Shown piece after piece: positions 37,796-48,019 of a stretch of 54,339 bases of DNA. This DNA is from an uncultured Candidatus Poseidoniales archaeon (GTDB taxonomy: Archaea > Thermoplasmatota > Poseidoniia > Poseidoniales > Thalassarchaeaceae). Within the stretch, counting starts at the first letter, position 1; each line of letters begins with the position of its first letter. The translations under genes were made by a program, and so were the position numbers. The stretch lies in contig CAYPWN010000003.1 in NCBI GenBank assembly GCA_964414525.1, positions 1 through 54,339 of the forward strand, in the 5' to 3' direction. Below the pieces are notes generated by a model, which did not search any database, was not told where the DNA came from, and saw nothing but the letters and a program-made list of their open reading frames with translations.

Positions 37796-38242
37796 CTACC
37801 TGTACGACTTCTGCCACTTCTTTCGAGCGCCTCGGCCCATTTGATGCTTCGGCTCCTTCCTTCTCGGATCGTTAACGAGTATCTTCCTTTCGAACCTGAT
37901 GAGTTCTTCCCTAAGTTCCTCGTCATCCCCCTCTGCGCCGTCGTTGTACTTAACCAGTCCACGGGCTATTGCGGTCCTGATCGCGTCTACCTGGCCCATC
38001 TGGCCGCCCCCCTTGACGTCCACTGAAATGTCTACTCTGTCAATCCTGTTCATAGCCTCGGCGATTCTGACGGGCTCCAGCGCCTTCCTTCTAGCCAGCT
38101 CGGGCTCCATGATGTGGATGGGGATCCCGTTGACCCTGACCCTGCCCTTTCCTGGCTTTAGGGTCGCCCGGGCTATGGCTGTCTTGCGCTTTCCGCTGGT
38201 ATTGACTACCTTGGGCCCCTTCTTCTTCGCCAAATCACTCAC
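37796..38242 (-). CDS. rps9: 30S ribosomal protein S9
   Basis: SGKRKTAIARA, V.GGG..GQ..A.R.AIARGL, D.RRKEPK..G..AR...QKSYR. Confidence 0.97.
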   Translation of the reverse strand: MSDLAKKKGPKVVNTSGKRKTAIARATLKPGKGRVRVNGIPIHIMEPELARRKALEPVRIAEAMNRIDRVDISVDVKGGGQMGQVDAIRTAIARGLVKYNDGAEGDDEELREELIRFERKILVNDPRRKEPKHQMGRGARKKWQKSYR

Positions 38243-38717
38243 CCCCCCATCTCGACGCGTCGACGCCTAGGTGTGAGCTTATCTCACCTAGCCTAACGAA
38301 CTTGTTAGGTAGGTCTCGGTCTATTTTCCCGGTTTCGCCCCACTGGTGGCCCTCTGGAAGATCTTCTCCCGATAGGTTCGAAGGTGTTCCGATCATGACT
38401 CTCAGGTCTCTGAGCGCCCCCCGGCCACTGCTATTCTTCTGGTAGGGAAGCATGCCTCTGACTGTCCTCTTGATGATCTTGTCTGGCATTCTGGGGAAGT
38501 AAGGGCCCTTCCTTGCGTGGTTGAGCTTGTACTTCGCTCTGTAGTCGCTGAAGACCTTGGACCTAGGTCCGGACACTATTGCTCCCTCTGCGTTGATGAT
38601 TATGACTCTCTGCTGCATTCCCGATTTCCTAGCTGAAATCATCTCCTTGGCTACCTGGCTTGCCAGCCTGCCCAGGATCTTTCCTGTAGCGTCGTACACG
38701 GTGGTCGGGTCAGACAA
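38235..38717 (-). CDS. rpl13: 50S ribosomal protein L13
   Basis: DA.GKILGRLAS.VAK, NAE.AI.SG, GP.FPR.PD.I.KRTVRGMLPY. Confidence 0.97.
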   Translation of the reverse strand: MSDPTTVYDATGKILGRLASQVAKEMISARKSGMQQRVIIINAEGAIVSGPRSKVFSDYRAKYKLNHARKGPYFPRMPDKIIKRTVRGMLPYQKNSSGRGALRDLRVMIGTPSNLSGEDLPEGHQWGETGKIDRDLPNKFVRLGEISSHLGVDASRWGGE

Positions 38718-39075
38718 GAATCCTTACCCCCTTCCCGTTCGGGTTCTCCTCCATTAGCTCCCTAATGCTTAGGGTCCTCCCTCCGGAGGCCTCTATCTTG
38801 GTCTTGGCTCCATCGCTGAAGCTGTAGGCTGCTACCGTTTGCTTTCCGATGATCTCTCCGCTTCCGAGCACCTTTCCCGGGACCAGTACTGTCTCCTTGT
38901 CATCTGAGTGCCTAGAGATGTGGCTAAGGTTAGGCTCAGCCCAGTTCTTCCTGCTGGACTCGAGCCTGGATGCTGTGTCCCTCCAAATCGCCGAGCCGGT
39001 TGACCTGCTGTGGTCCTTCAGGTCTCCAATGAGTGAGACTAGTGCTCGGTTGGTCTTCCTTTCTGGCTTACTCAT
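38710..39075 (-). CDS. rpl18e: 50S ribosomal protein L18e
   Basis: KTN..L..LI..L, IW, NL..I.R, VPGKVLGSG, VAAYSFS..A..KI...GG, NP.G. Confidence 0.97.
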   Translation of the reverse strand: MSKPERKTNRALVSLIGDLKDHSRSTGSAIWRDTASRLESSRKNWAEPNLSHISRHSDDKETVLVPGKVLGSGEIIGKQTVAAYSFSDGAKTKIEASGGRTLSIRELMEENPNGKGVRILV

Positions 39076-39181
39076 AGGCTACGCCCCCATGGTCGGGTAG
39101 CGCGCCCACCCAAGTCGGTGTTATGAATCCTGCGGGCGCCCCGTAGGGGCGGTAGACAGGAGGACATTCAGCCATCCGAAC

Positions 39182-42100
39182 TCAAATCTTGAATCCGTCA
39201 TCGTCGACAGAGTCGTCGACACCCGCGAACCTGACCTGCCCATCGGCATCTACGAACTGTCCTGCCTTGATGGACGGACCGTAGAGCGAGGATTCGGTTG
39301 CTGATGTCCTTGTGAGCAAGCTCTCACCCAGAGACCTGTTCATCCTTCCTATCATAGACTGGAATATCTGAATCGCCCTGTCCCTCTCGTCAGAGCCTAT
39401 CTCGTGGTCGGAGTACCTAGCTTCCTCGAATATGGTGAAGAACATGTCTAGCTCCTCTGGAGGTACGATTCCTCCGAGCATGTTGTTGATCACGTCCTCG
39501 AACTCTCTTGTGGTCTCGAACACCTTCTTCATCGCACCTCTCATCCTGAAGTACTTGATCAGGTCCTTGTAGCATGAGAATATGGCCTCGATGTAGTTGT
39601 TAGAGGCCTTTAGTGACATCAGGGCGTCTGTCAGTATCCCCCTCAGAATCTCGACCTTGCGGCGCTCTCGATAGTTGTTGTACATCATTGTACCAACGAG
39701 AACCATCGCTGATAGCGCGATTCCGGAGATTACCATTACCTGAGTTGTCAGGAAGCTGGCCTTGGCGTCTACTTCCGGATTGCCGAGGAATATCACCGGT
39801 GTGCTGTTTAGCCACTGCTCCACGAAGTACGGCTTGTTGTCATCCGCAGACTCGAAGTGGACTAGGACCCTCCACCTTCCCTCGTCGGCTGACCACTCAG
39901 GGTGGCCAGGGATGATTTCGCCTGTGTACGGGAATGAGAAGTTAGCGGACCCTCTCTCGTTAGTGATCAGGATCTCGACTCTCTCTGTCTGCCAATCCGA
40001 ACCATTCCAGAACTGCCTATGGAACTCTACTCTCTGGCCTTCTACAGTGAGGTCGAGCCTGTCTCGCAGGATTGCTACCTCTCCGGCGATAATCTCGCCT
40101 TCCAAGTATCCTGATGGGCTTGACCAGTGCTCCTTTAGCAGGATGTCGACCTTGCTTCTAACAAGGACCTCGACGTCCATCAGTGAGCTGTTCAGGACCG
40201 GGTTTGGCTCCAGGGCCTCGTAATCGCAGCCACCTGGAACGTACTTCTCGGGCTCATATGCAACCCTTACCGTTCTGAATCCCTCCAGGTTGTTCCCACT
40301 GGGTTCCACCCCCCTTCTACTTGGATTGTCGTCCGGGTCTGCAGAGTACCACACAAACTCTCCAGTACCGTCTGCGGTGAATGCAGTCGCAATTGGCCTA
40401 GTGTTTACCTCGGGGTCTAGGTATATGTTCACACACTTGCCGCCCACGGGCTTACCGTTTGACTGTGAAAGCTTGGCATTGATGTGGAAAGCCTCCTTTA
40501 GGTAAAGAACCTCGAAGGTGGATCCGTTAGGGAAGGTGTAAGTTAGGTAGTCGGACCTGAATGGACCCACCTCGGATACCTCTATGGTGGAGTTAGAGAA
40601 TACGGGGAAGAACATGGTCTGTGTCTTGTTCTTGTACCTGTAGCGATCGTTGTTCAGGGTGTCCCAAGCGTTGTACTCCACCTTCACCTTGGCCATCCCT
40701 GCATCAACGCCAGAAATAGGACAGTTGATCTCAAAGAATCCATTCTCATCTGTGGCTCCTGGGATGCAGGCCTCAATTCCTTTGTCCCCCGCTCGGAACT
40801 TCATCCTGTCCTCGATCGGGTCGTAAACCATCGACCCCATTTCGAAAGTCACCCTGATCTGCCTGCTGGAAAGGTTACCGCCCAGTTCGTCGGTAAGTTG
40901 TCCTGTGACAATCATTGGCTTCTCGAGAATCTTTCCTGTGTTCGGGTCGATCTCAGAGGTGTATACTATCTGTTGTTCCACGTCTAGTTCGGTATTCCCA
41001 ATAAGGCTGAACCCGTCTACTTGGAACTGGAGGACCTTGCGGAAGTGGTCACTGTTCTGTATAGTCACGCACGGGTCCCATGCACCCGAGGTTGTGAGCA
41101 TCCCTGAGTCGAGGGCCCCACACCCTTCGTGGGGCAGGTTCTCCTCAAACCTCAGTATCACGTTAACTGGGCCGAAGCCATCAGGTAGGTAGGAGAAGGG
41201 GTCGTCCTTGAGCAGCTGTGGGTCGAGGAAATCGCCGTAGGTAATTGACCCTGATGCTGGACACTCTACAGAGACAATCTGCCTATGCGTTCTATCCTCG
41301 AAATCTATTCCCTCGAAGATTACGGTGACGTTGCCCCCCAGGTCATAACCATCTGGGTTCTGCATTCCTCCAGCGCAACTGTTCAGCACCTGTCCACCGT
41401 CTTTCTCGAACGGGGTTTTGTTGTCATCTGTCACGACTGCTGAGAACTCCCAGAGGTCTCCGTTGGATCTGATATTGGGGCTGGTACTCTGAACGTTGAT
41501 GAATGTCCTAGAGACGACCCAGAGGCTGACCTCCCCTACGCTGCCCATTCTGAGACTGTCTCCGAGATAGGTGAATCCAAGAGTGAAGTTTCCAAGAGTG
41601 TCGATATCCGTTAGGTTGACCTTGAATATGCCTTGGTTATCTGTTATGGCGATTCCGCTTGATGAATCTTCGGACCAAGTCCAGTTTACTGGGACCTCGC
41701 GAACTACCTGTCCTGCATTGTCGATAAGACGTGCCTCCACGGTTGCATTCTGGCCTCTGTAAAGTCGTGGCACAGAGTTTAGCAGGAAGTCTGTAGTCCC
41801 GATCATAGTGACGTTTGCATATGCCCCGGTTGCAGCTAGAATCTGGTCTTGCTGTCCTGTGAAGTAGTAGTCAGACTGGCTGAAGTCTGCCCTTACTCCG
41901 TAGGTTCCAGCAGCGTATTGCGAGTACCATGTGAAATTGTAGTCGAAGGTTGCTAGCCCGTCCCTCATGCTCGGTTTCTTGTTGTGCTGGGTCTCTAGAC
42001 CCCCAACGAAAAGTCCGTTTTTATCCAAATCTACCTGTAGTGCAATCCTGTTCTCTGTCCATGGGGTGAATGTCCTATTCCAGACGTGTCCCACTACCCT

Positions 42101-45100
42101 CAAGGTCTCTCCAGTGAACATCTCCGGGACAATCTCGCACCGGACGTCGCTATTGGAAACCAGAGGGTCAACCGGCCCGCAAGGGGGCGAGTCGAAGTCG
42201 GCACCGTTCTGCATTGTAATTGTCCAGTGTGTTCCGTCAGAAGATAGGAACGGGGAGAGTGCGCCACTGGCTATTCCGTTCAGAACAGAGGGGGTTCCGT
42301 CCCAAAGGAGTGGGTATGGCTTTCCTAGGCTGGCCTCGGAGAATGTGATTCCCGCATTAGCAAGCGAAGGAGCGTGGAAAAGAGCCCTCCAAGCCCCGAA
42401 GGATGACCCCGTGAACTGGGTGGCGTCCCAGAAGTAGACGGGTCTGAACGAGGATACGTACATCTCTGCCTCGACGTACATTCTGTGCATCGCTCTGATG
42501 TAGAAAGTGTCAGTCTTGGAGCCCTCCAGATGTGCCCATGGCCACTCATAGGGGTCCTCTGTGCATCCCCCGAGATCAGGTCTGGAGAATCCGATGAAGC
42601 TGTAGTCGCCAACAGGGAGAGTTGTGTTCTTGTATTCGTAGGGGCCTAGGACTGAGTGTGAACCCTGCGGGTTTAGGGAGGTGCATGGGTTCCAAACAAT
42701 CTCCTCGTAACCCCCCGTCGGGATTCCTGGGCCGTTATCTAATAGAGAGTTCCACTGAACCTGCTCCCACCGATCCAAAGTCTGGTTGTAAGCTAGGGAA
42801 ACCCACCCCCCAGAGTCGGCTCTGTAACCGTTTCCATAACCGTCGTACACAGTTGGATGAGTGATGTTCCCGAACTGTGTCCCTGGATCGCTTATGGTGA
42901 AAGACACTGGAGCGTGTGGGAGTCTGTTGTCAAATATGCCTCTGTTGTAATCGGCAGTATAGTGTACCTTGAAGTCAAGCTTCAGAGGTTGCTCGTCGGC
43001 CCTAAACCTCTGACCTGAGACGAATCCTATGGTGGTGTTTGCCCTGACCTCGACAGGGAAACCCGTATCCCCAATACCGTCCCCATCGGAGTCCTCCAGT
43101 GTAGAGCTGTAGTCGTGAACAAACATCTCCGTAACCTCCGAGTATACCTCGTAGGTTGTGTTCGGGCCAACTTGGATGTCCTCGGGGAAAAGGAACTGTC
43201 CTACGATGTACTCGCCGTTGTCGTCTGTCAGGACATCTATCGTTTCTATGACTGACGTCCCATTGTCTCTGTACCTGATGTGGACTTGAACAGGGATATC
43301 TGGGGCCGGGACAAATCCAGTGTCATCTAGCCAGAAAACCGACCCATTGAATATTGCAGGCAAGGTCTCGTCCAGCCAGAGTACCGGTTGGGTGGTAAGT
43401 GTGATTCTGGTTGGGATCTTGTCATCGTCATCGAGAATGCCATCGTTGTCCGAATCCCAGTCCGAACTCCAACCAGAGGATTCTTCTGTCTTGTTGGAGG
43501 GTGTGGCCCAACTTCCAGGAGAGGGGTTGTTCCAATCAAGATCGGCCCTTCCGTCGTTGTCGTCATCGACGTCGAAGTAGTCCGGGCCTGTGGTGTTGTT
43601 TGTGGGATCGGCCATCCCCACCCCTCCTCCAAAGTCGTCGTGGTCCCAGGGGTTGGTCGACTCCGTGCCGAACCTTGACGGCCAAAGCATAACCTCATCC
43701 TCGTCCTTCATACCGTCGTAGTCGTCATCGTCGTCAAAGTCGTCCCTGATTCCATCGTTGTCGTGGTCCCATGGAGCTATGGGGAAGTTGAGGCAGCATG
43801 AATCGTCAATGGGATCGGCCGTTCCGTTCTGGTCCACAAGGTTCAGGAGCTCGAGCGAATTTGGTATTCCATCACCGTCCCAGTCGTCGTCCGCCCAGTT
43901 CACAATACCGTCATTGTCGTGGTCCCAGGTGCTCTGCTCCTCTCCTGTGAAGCAGCCCGGGAACTCGTCCTGCGCTGAGTCCAGTAGTCCGTTGTTGTCA
44001 TCGTCAGGATCCTCTCCATCGGGTACCCCGTCGTTGTCGTTGTCCACGTCATAGTACTCTGGGAAAAGTAAGGCCTGACCGAGCACCCCTTTGTCCCAGA
44101 CTGCTTGGTAAATCCCGTCGTCGTCGGGGTCTGTGTCTAGTCCATCGTCGTCATTGTCCTCGCAGTTGCTTCCTGTGAAGTAGTATGGTTCCTCGATGGT
44201 TGAGTCGTCATCAAGGTCGTCGTTAGAGTCTACCTCGAAGTAGTCCCATACCCCGTCGTTATCGTCGTCAACATCGAAATGATCGTAGACGATGTCCCAG
44301 TCGTCATCAAGGTCATTGGTGTTGTTGAACATGCAATTTGGGGTCCAAGAAACCTCGGGCATAGGCTGACCGCAGTCTATGTCCGGATCGACATCATCGT
44401 TTAGTTCGTCAGCTATTTCATCTGGGAAGAAGTTGTTATTTGCGTCTGAGGTCCATTGGAAGAAGCCAAAGACTGAGACCCCAAGGTATGCGATCCATAA
44501 ATCCCGGTTGTTCTTCATGTCATTGTAGGTGTATGCCACAGAAGGGGTTGGGTTACTCGATGGATCGAAGGTGAACCAGAAGCAATTGCTGACGCAGGCG
44601 CCTAGTCCTGTGGGGTGGTTTGTGCCATCGTATTCTCCATCGTCCCATTCCGGGTCCGGTCTGGTGCTGTATGGCACCGTGAATGACTGCCCCCCTGACT
44701 GAGTAGGGGTTAGCAGGGGTGACTTGAAGAGGAAGCCGTAAATGTGGCCGCACCACCTTTCCTGGTTGGCATCCAGAATAATAGTCCCACATGAGTTTCC
44801 GTCGAGGGACCCTCCCATCTTCACGTCGTCCACGTCTAGAATTCCGTCATTTCCCTCGTCCTGATCCCACCAATCGGGGAGTCCGTCGCCGTCCTGATCA
44901 ACGTCAATCCCGTTGATCAGAGAGTCGCCGTCGGTGTCAATGTCGAAGAAGTTGTCACCGTTGTACGGGCTCCACTTCATTATCAGGAACCAGTACATCT
45001 CCGGAATTACCCCCATAACAGGAGGGAATGCGCTGTCGTCGTAGCCGTTGTAGTCCAGCATGAAGCTATTGTTCTCATTGAATGGGTTGAATCCCCATGT

Positions 45101-47065
45101 GAGATTCCAGTAGTAGTGTGGAACTGCAACATAGGCGTTGCTGTCCTCCGAGCCATCGATAGCGTCCCCGTCATTCTGGGGCCAGCTGTTGCCCCAGAAA
45201 TTGTCAGTATTGTCAGTGTCCACCACTCCGCAGTTTCCGTCATCGGGATCGTAGAAGTCGTTTATCCCGTCATTGTCGTCGTCCCAGTCCTCGTCGTTCT
45301 GAAGTCCGTCGCCGTCGACGTCTGTGTCGATGTCGTTGGGTCCGTCATCGCGGTACATCGAGCCGTTAAGCTCGTGCAGGTCAGCGTCATTGTCAAGGTC
45401 GCAGTCTGGGTCAATGTCCAGGAAGTCGAGTATCCCGTCGTTGTCGTCGTCCACATCAACCCAGTTGTTGACCCCGTCTCCGTCCCAGTCATTGAAGCCG
45501 GTGTAAGATGTCCTCCACAGAACGCAGTTGTCGCTGGGATCCTGGGGGTTGGGGTTCTCGACGCTGGCGCAATCCCACGCGGCGACCTCTGCGGTATCGT
45601 TTAGGGGGTAGGGGTCTAGTTCGTTTGGAAGTCCATCGTCGTCGAGGTCCCAGGCCTGAGAGCCGCCGGCTAGGTTGTCCGGGGTTTCGGACCCTCCCTG
45701 GTCCGTGTCTAACCAGTCCCAGACCATGTCGTAGTCTCTGTCTATTGCCCTGAAGCGGTCGTCATCTAGGTCCCCGTCGTAGTCGATTTCGCATTGGGTT
45801 CCTGGAGTCTCGATTTCTACCACGGCGTCATTGAAAGCTTCGTTGGGATAATCTCCCTGGCCGTCTCCGTTGGTGTCTAGCTGGCGACAGGCATCGGGTA
45901 TTCCGTCGTTGTCGTCGTCAACGTCGTACATGTCCAGAAGGCCGTCGTTGTCGTCGTCTGTGTCAGAAGAGTCTGGTGCCCCGTCGTTGTCGTTGTCTGG
46001 ATCTAGGAAGTTCGGGATCCCGTCACCATCCAAGTCCCCGTCCACTATTTCTGTGAAGCTCTGCTCTCTGGGGCGCTCCAGTGCATGCAGTGCCACATAG
46101 TCGAGGCCATCCACGTACTGTGCATAGTCTTCTGGGTCCCATCTAGTCCAAGAATCCCATAGTATATCCGAGGCTTCAGAAATGATAGAGGTCTGACTTG
46201 CATCCCATGGGTGAATGTCATCGATATCGTTCACTCCATCGCCATCGTCATCCAAGTCGAAGTAGTCCTGAATTCCGTCGGAGTCGAAGTCGCAAGGCCA
46301 AATGAACTGGTCGATGCGCCCGTCGTTGTCGTCGTCCTCGTCATAGGACCCCCTGCCCGAACCGTCTATGTCCTCGTCAGTAATTCCGTCGTTGTCGTGG
46401 TCCATTGGGTTCTGATCTACGAGGTAGTCGAAACCAACGGACTGGCCAGTCCAAGGATGGATGACATCTGGGTGAACGTGCCTGTCCGATGTTACATTCC
46501 AAGGGTCATTCCCCTGTGAATAGTCGATGGGTCCCTCAAGAATTCCGTCGTTGTCGTCGTCCCAATCGAATTCGTCCTGAATTCCGTCGTTGTCGTGGTC
46601 ATACGGATCGGTTCCGTAGCACCCATCGAACCTTTCGATGAGGTCATTTATCCCGTCGTTGTCGTCATCAAGGTCATTCAAGTCGTCTATTCCGTCGTTG
46701 TCGTGGTCATCCGTGTTAGTTTCCTCGAGGAAGAATCCGTAACTTGGGTCTAGTGCTAGGGCTGTGGGGTCTGATACCTTGCCATAGTAGGAAGCGGGAT
46801 CGTTGTAGAAAGGATCTCGGAAGTATGCCTCTAGGAATGGATTTGTGGAAGCTGGCTGATTCTGGCCATCTCCCTGAACGGGTGCGGAAAACTGTTCGAG
46901 TTGTTGGTATGCTGTTCTCTTCGGCAAATCTGTTGTCTCGGGTTCCTCGGGTGAGTCTCCGGAATCTTGCATAACCATCAACTGTGTACTTAGAAGCATT
47001 AGTGCTACTAACGAGATTGCTGGGAGTATTCTCTTGTTCGCGTTACTCTGTTCTTGTTTTTCCAT
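39182..47065 (-). CDS. Giant membrane-anchored acidic protein: TSP3-like DxDxDG Ca-binding repeats, Ig-like beta-sandwich stalk, TM helix and cytoplasmic DUF4129-like domain
   Basis: N-terminal signal/TM; dozens of D(H/D)DNDG..D..D.D motifs in the N-terminal half; beta-rich repeats with TD.NG.F; TM near the C-terminus followed by Y..L...G......T.REF..F..FEEARYS.H. ATG 47065 follows GGTGA. Confidence 0.85.
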   Translation of the reverse strand: MEKQEQSNANKRILPAISLVALMLLSTQLMVMQDSGDSPEEPETTDLPKRTAYQQLEQFSAPVQGDGQNQPASTNPFLEAYFRDPFYNDPASYYGKVSDPTALALDPSYGFFLEETNTDDHDNDGIDDLNDLDDDNDGINDLIERFDGCYGTDPYDHDNDGIQDEFDWDDDNDGILEGPIDYSQGNDPWNVTSDRHVHPDVIHPWTGQSVGFDYLVDQNPMDHDNDGITDEDIDGSGRGSYDEDDDNDGRIDQFIWPCDFDSDGIQDYFDLDDDGDGVNDIDDIHPWDASQTSIISEASDILWDSWTRWDPEDYAQYVDGLDYVALHALERPREQSFTEIVDGDLDGDGIPNFLDPDNDNDGAPDSSDTDDDNDGLLDMYDVDDDNDGIPDACRQLDTNGDGQGDYPNEAFNDAVVEIETPGTQCEIDYDGDLDDDRFRAIDRDYDMVWDWLDTDQGGSETPDNLAGGSQAWDLDDDGLPNELDPYPLNDTAEVAAWDCASVENPNPQDPSDNCVLWRTSYTGFNDWDGDGVNNWVDVDDDNDGILDFLDIDPDCDLDNDADLHELNGSMYRDDGPNDIDTDVDGDGLQNDEDWDDDNDGINDFYDPDDGNCGVVDTDNTDNFWGNSWPQNDGDAIDGSEDSNAYVAVPHYYWNLTWGFNPFNENNSFMLDYNGYDDSAFPPVMGVIPEMYWFLIMKWSPYNGDNFFDIDTDGDSLINGIDVDQDGDGLPDWWDQDEGNDGILDVDDVKMGGSLDGNSCGTIILDANQERWCGHIYGFLFKSPLLTPTQSGGQSFTVPYSTRPDPEWDDGEYDGTNHPTGLGACVSNCFWFTFDPSSNPTPSVAYTYNDMKNNRDLWIAYLGVSVFGFFQWTSDANNNFFPDEIADELNDDVDPDIDCGQPMPEVSWTPNCMFNNTNDLDDDWDIVYDHFDVDDDNDGVWDYFEVDSNDDLDDDSTIEEPYYFTGSNCEDNDDDGLDTDPDDDGIYQAVWDKGVLGQALLFPEYYDVDNDNDGVPDGEDPDDDNNGLLDSAQDEFPGCFTGEEQSTWDHDNDGIVNWADDDWDGDGIPNSLELLNLVDQNGTADPIDDSCCLNFPIAPWDHDNDGIRDDFDDDDDYDGMKDEDEVMLWPSRFGTESTNPWDHDDFGGGVGMADPTNNTTGPDYFDVDDDNDGRADLDWNNPSPGSWATPSNKTEESSGWSSDWDSDNDGILDDDDKIPTRITLTTQPVLWLDETLPAIFNGSVFWLDDTGFVPAPDIPVQVHIRYRDNGTSVIETIDVLTDDNGEYIVGQFLFPEDIQVGPNTTYEVYSEVTEMFVHDYSSTLEDSDGDGIGDTGFPVEVRANTTIGFVSGQRFRADEQPLKLDFKVHYTADYNRGIFDNRLPHAPVSFTISDPGTQFGNITHPTVYDGYGNGYRADSGGWVSLAYNQTLDRWEQVQWNSLLDNGPGIPTGGYEEIVWNPCTSLNPQGSHSVLGPYEYKNTTLPVGDYSFIGFSRPDLGGCTEDPYEWPWAHLEGSKTDTFYIRAMHRMYVEAEMYVSSFRPVYFWDATQFTGSSFGAWRALFHAPSLANAGITFSEASLGKPYPLLWDGTPSVLNGIASGALSPFLSSDGTHWTITMQNGADFDSPPCGPVDPLVSNSDVRCEIVPEMFTGETLRVVGHVWNRTFTPWTENRIALQVDLDKNGLFVGGLETQHNKKPSMRDGLATFDYNFTWYSQYAAGTYGVRADFSQSDYYFTGQQDQILAATGAYANVTMIGTTDFLLNSVPRLYRGQNATVEARLIDNAGQVVREVPVNWTWSEDSSSGIAITDNQGIFKVNLTDIDTLGNFTLGFTYLGDSLRMGSVGEVSLWVVSRTFINVQSTSPNIRSNGDLWEFSAVVTDDNKTPFEKDGGQVLNSCAGGMQNPDGYDLGGNVTVIFEGIDFEDRTHRQIVSVECPASGSITYGDFLDPQLLKDDPFSYLPDGFGPVNVILRFEENLPHEGCGALDSGMLTTSGAWDPCVTIQNSDHFRKVLQFQVDGFSLIGNTELDVEQQIVYTSEIDPNTGKILEKPMIVTGQLTDELGGNLSSRQIRVTFEMGSMVYDPIEDRMKFRAGDKGIEACIPGATDENGFFEINCPISGVDAGMAKVKVEYNAWDTLNNDRYRYKNKTQTMFFPVFSNSTIEVSEVGPFRSDYLTYTFPNGSTFEVLYLKEAFHINAKLSQSNGKPVGGKCVNIYLDPEVNTRPIATAFTADGTGEFVWYSADPDDNPSRRGVEPSGNNLEGFRTVRVAYEPEKYVPGGCDYEALEPNPVLNSSLMDVEVLVRSKVDILLKEHWSSPSGYLEGEIIAGEVAILRDRLDLTVEGQRVEFHRQFWNGSDWQTERVEILITNERGSANFSFPYTGEIIPGHPEWSADEGRWRVLVHFESADDNKPYFVEQWLNSTPVIFLGNPEVDAKASFLTTQVMVISGIALSAMVLVGTMMYNNYRERRKVEILRGILTDALMSLKASNNYIEAIFSCYKDLIKYFRMRGAMKKVFETTREFEDVINNMLGGIVPPEELDMFFTIFEEARYSDHEIGSDERDRAIQIFQSMIGRMNRSLGESLLTRTSATESSLYGPSIKAGQFVDADGQVRFAGVDDSVDDDGFKI

Positions 47066-47186
47066 TGAAATCACCACATACCGTCAGGTAGGATACTGGG
47101 CGCCGATTCCAGTCCTTATCAATGGATTCCTGACATAGTAGTAATTCGTATCACAGAGGCTTTGTTGTATCATGCTCAATGAGGGG

Positions 47187-47621
47187 TCAGCCTCTGTGAT
47201 ATGCAGTGCCCCTGTTTATTTCCGTCGCCCGGTACAACTGCTCCATCAGCAGTGCAGCAGACATTTCGTGTGTTAGCGTGAGACGTGATAGGGAGATTAT
47301 CTTGTCCGCATGGTCCTTTACGTGATCTGAAAACCCCCGATGAGGCCCCACCGCTAGATGGGTGGTTTCGCTACTTAGTTGGATCGAGTCCATCCATGCT
47401 GCCATTTCTAGGCTTGAAATAGATGTCCCGTTCTCGTCCAAAATTACTAGATTTCCAGAAAGCCCCGAAATTTCAGACTCGTAGCCCTCCGATCCACTAT
47501 TTGATCCGTGAACATTCAAAGTGATGCCGCGGGGAAGAAGTCTTTCTCGATAATCGTTGATAATTGAGGAAATTGACCTATCCTTGGGCTTGCAATCAAT
47601 GTGAACAACTACTCGACCCAT
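47187..47621 (-). CDS. rlmH: SPOUT methyltransferase, RlmH family (23S rRNA pseudouridine-1915 N3-methyltransferase-like)
   Basis: LDE.G..ISS.E.A, VGP..GFS, ISLS.LTL.HE....LL.EQLYRA..I..G..YHR. Confidence 0.88.
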   Translation of the reverse strand: MGRVVVHIDCKPKDRSISSIINDYRERLLPRGITLNVHGSNSGSEGYESEISGLSGNLVILDENGTSISSLEMAAWMDSIQLSSETTHLAVGPHRGFSDHVKDHADKIISLSRLTLTHEMSAALLMEQLYRATEINRGTAYHRG

Positions 47622-47697
47622 GTTTTCTCGTGGGGACTATAGCACTTAGGCGTTCACAAAGCATCAATACGTTCTGCTCAGACGTCCGCTCGGTAGC

Positions 47698-48018
47698 ATG
47701 GGATGGTGGCCATTCAGAAGGGGGGCCCAAGATTTCCAGAACGAACCCCATATCAGGGGGTCAAAGATGTGGATTCAAGACCTAAGGGAAGTCTGCGAGA
47801 TGAGTTTTAACGAGAGGGAGAAGGGGCAGAATGGCGTGGAGAGAATGCGGTTAGAATGGAAGAAGGCCCATTCTCTGGGAGAGGTTGACGAGTCTCTTTT
47901 GCTAGGGCTAGAGAGGCGTGCAGAAAAGCTTCTCAATGCGGATGATTCAGAGTGGTCTCTACTTCTCGATAATGATAACTTCTGGAAAGCAGGATGGGGC
48001 AGCCAAGTGGAGAGTTGA
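47698..48018 (+). CDS. Hypothetical protein
   Basis: 106-aa ORF with ATG start, closely followed by the next gene; no family recognised. Confidence 0.6.
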   Translation: MGWWPFRRGAQDFQNEPHIRGSKMWIQDLREVCEMSFNEREKGQNGVERMRLEWKKAHSLGEVDESLLLGLERRAEKLLNADDSEWSLLLDNDNFWKAGWGSQVES

Positions 48019-48019
48019 A

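Noticed and set aside
39129..39161. Hairpin CGCCCC-GTA-GGGGCG after the giant gene as a ncRNA or tRNA remnant
   Set aside because: Only a 6-bp core stem with no cloverleaf; at most a weak terminator.
43400..46720. Recurrent CCGTCGTTGTCGTGGTC-like DNA repeats as a CRISPR or non-coding array
   Set aside because: They are irregularly spaced, in frame, and simply encode DHDNDG/DDDNDG motifs.
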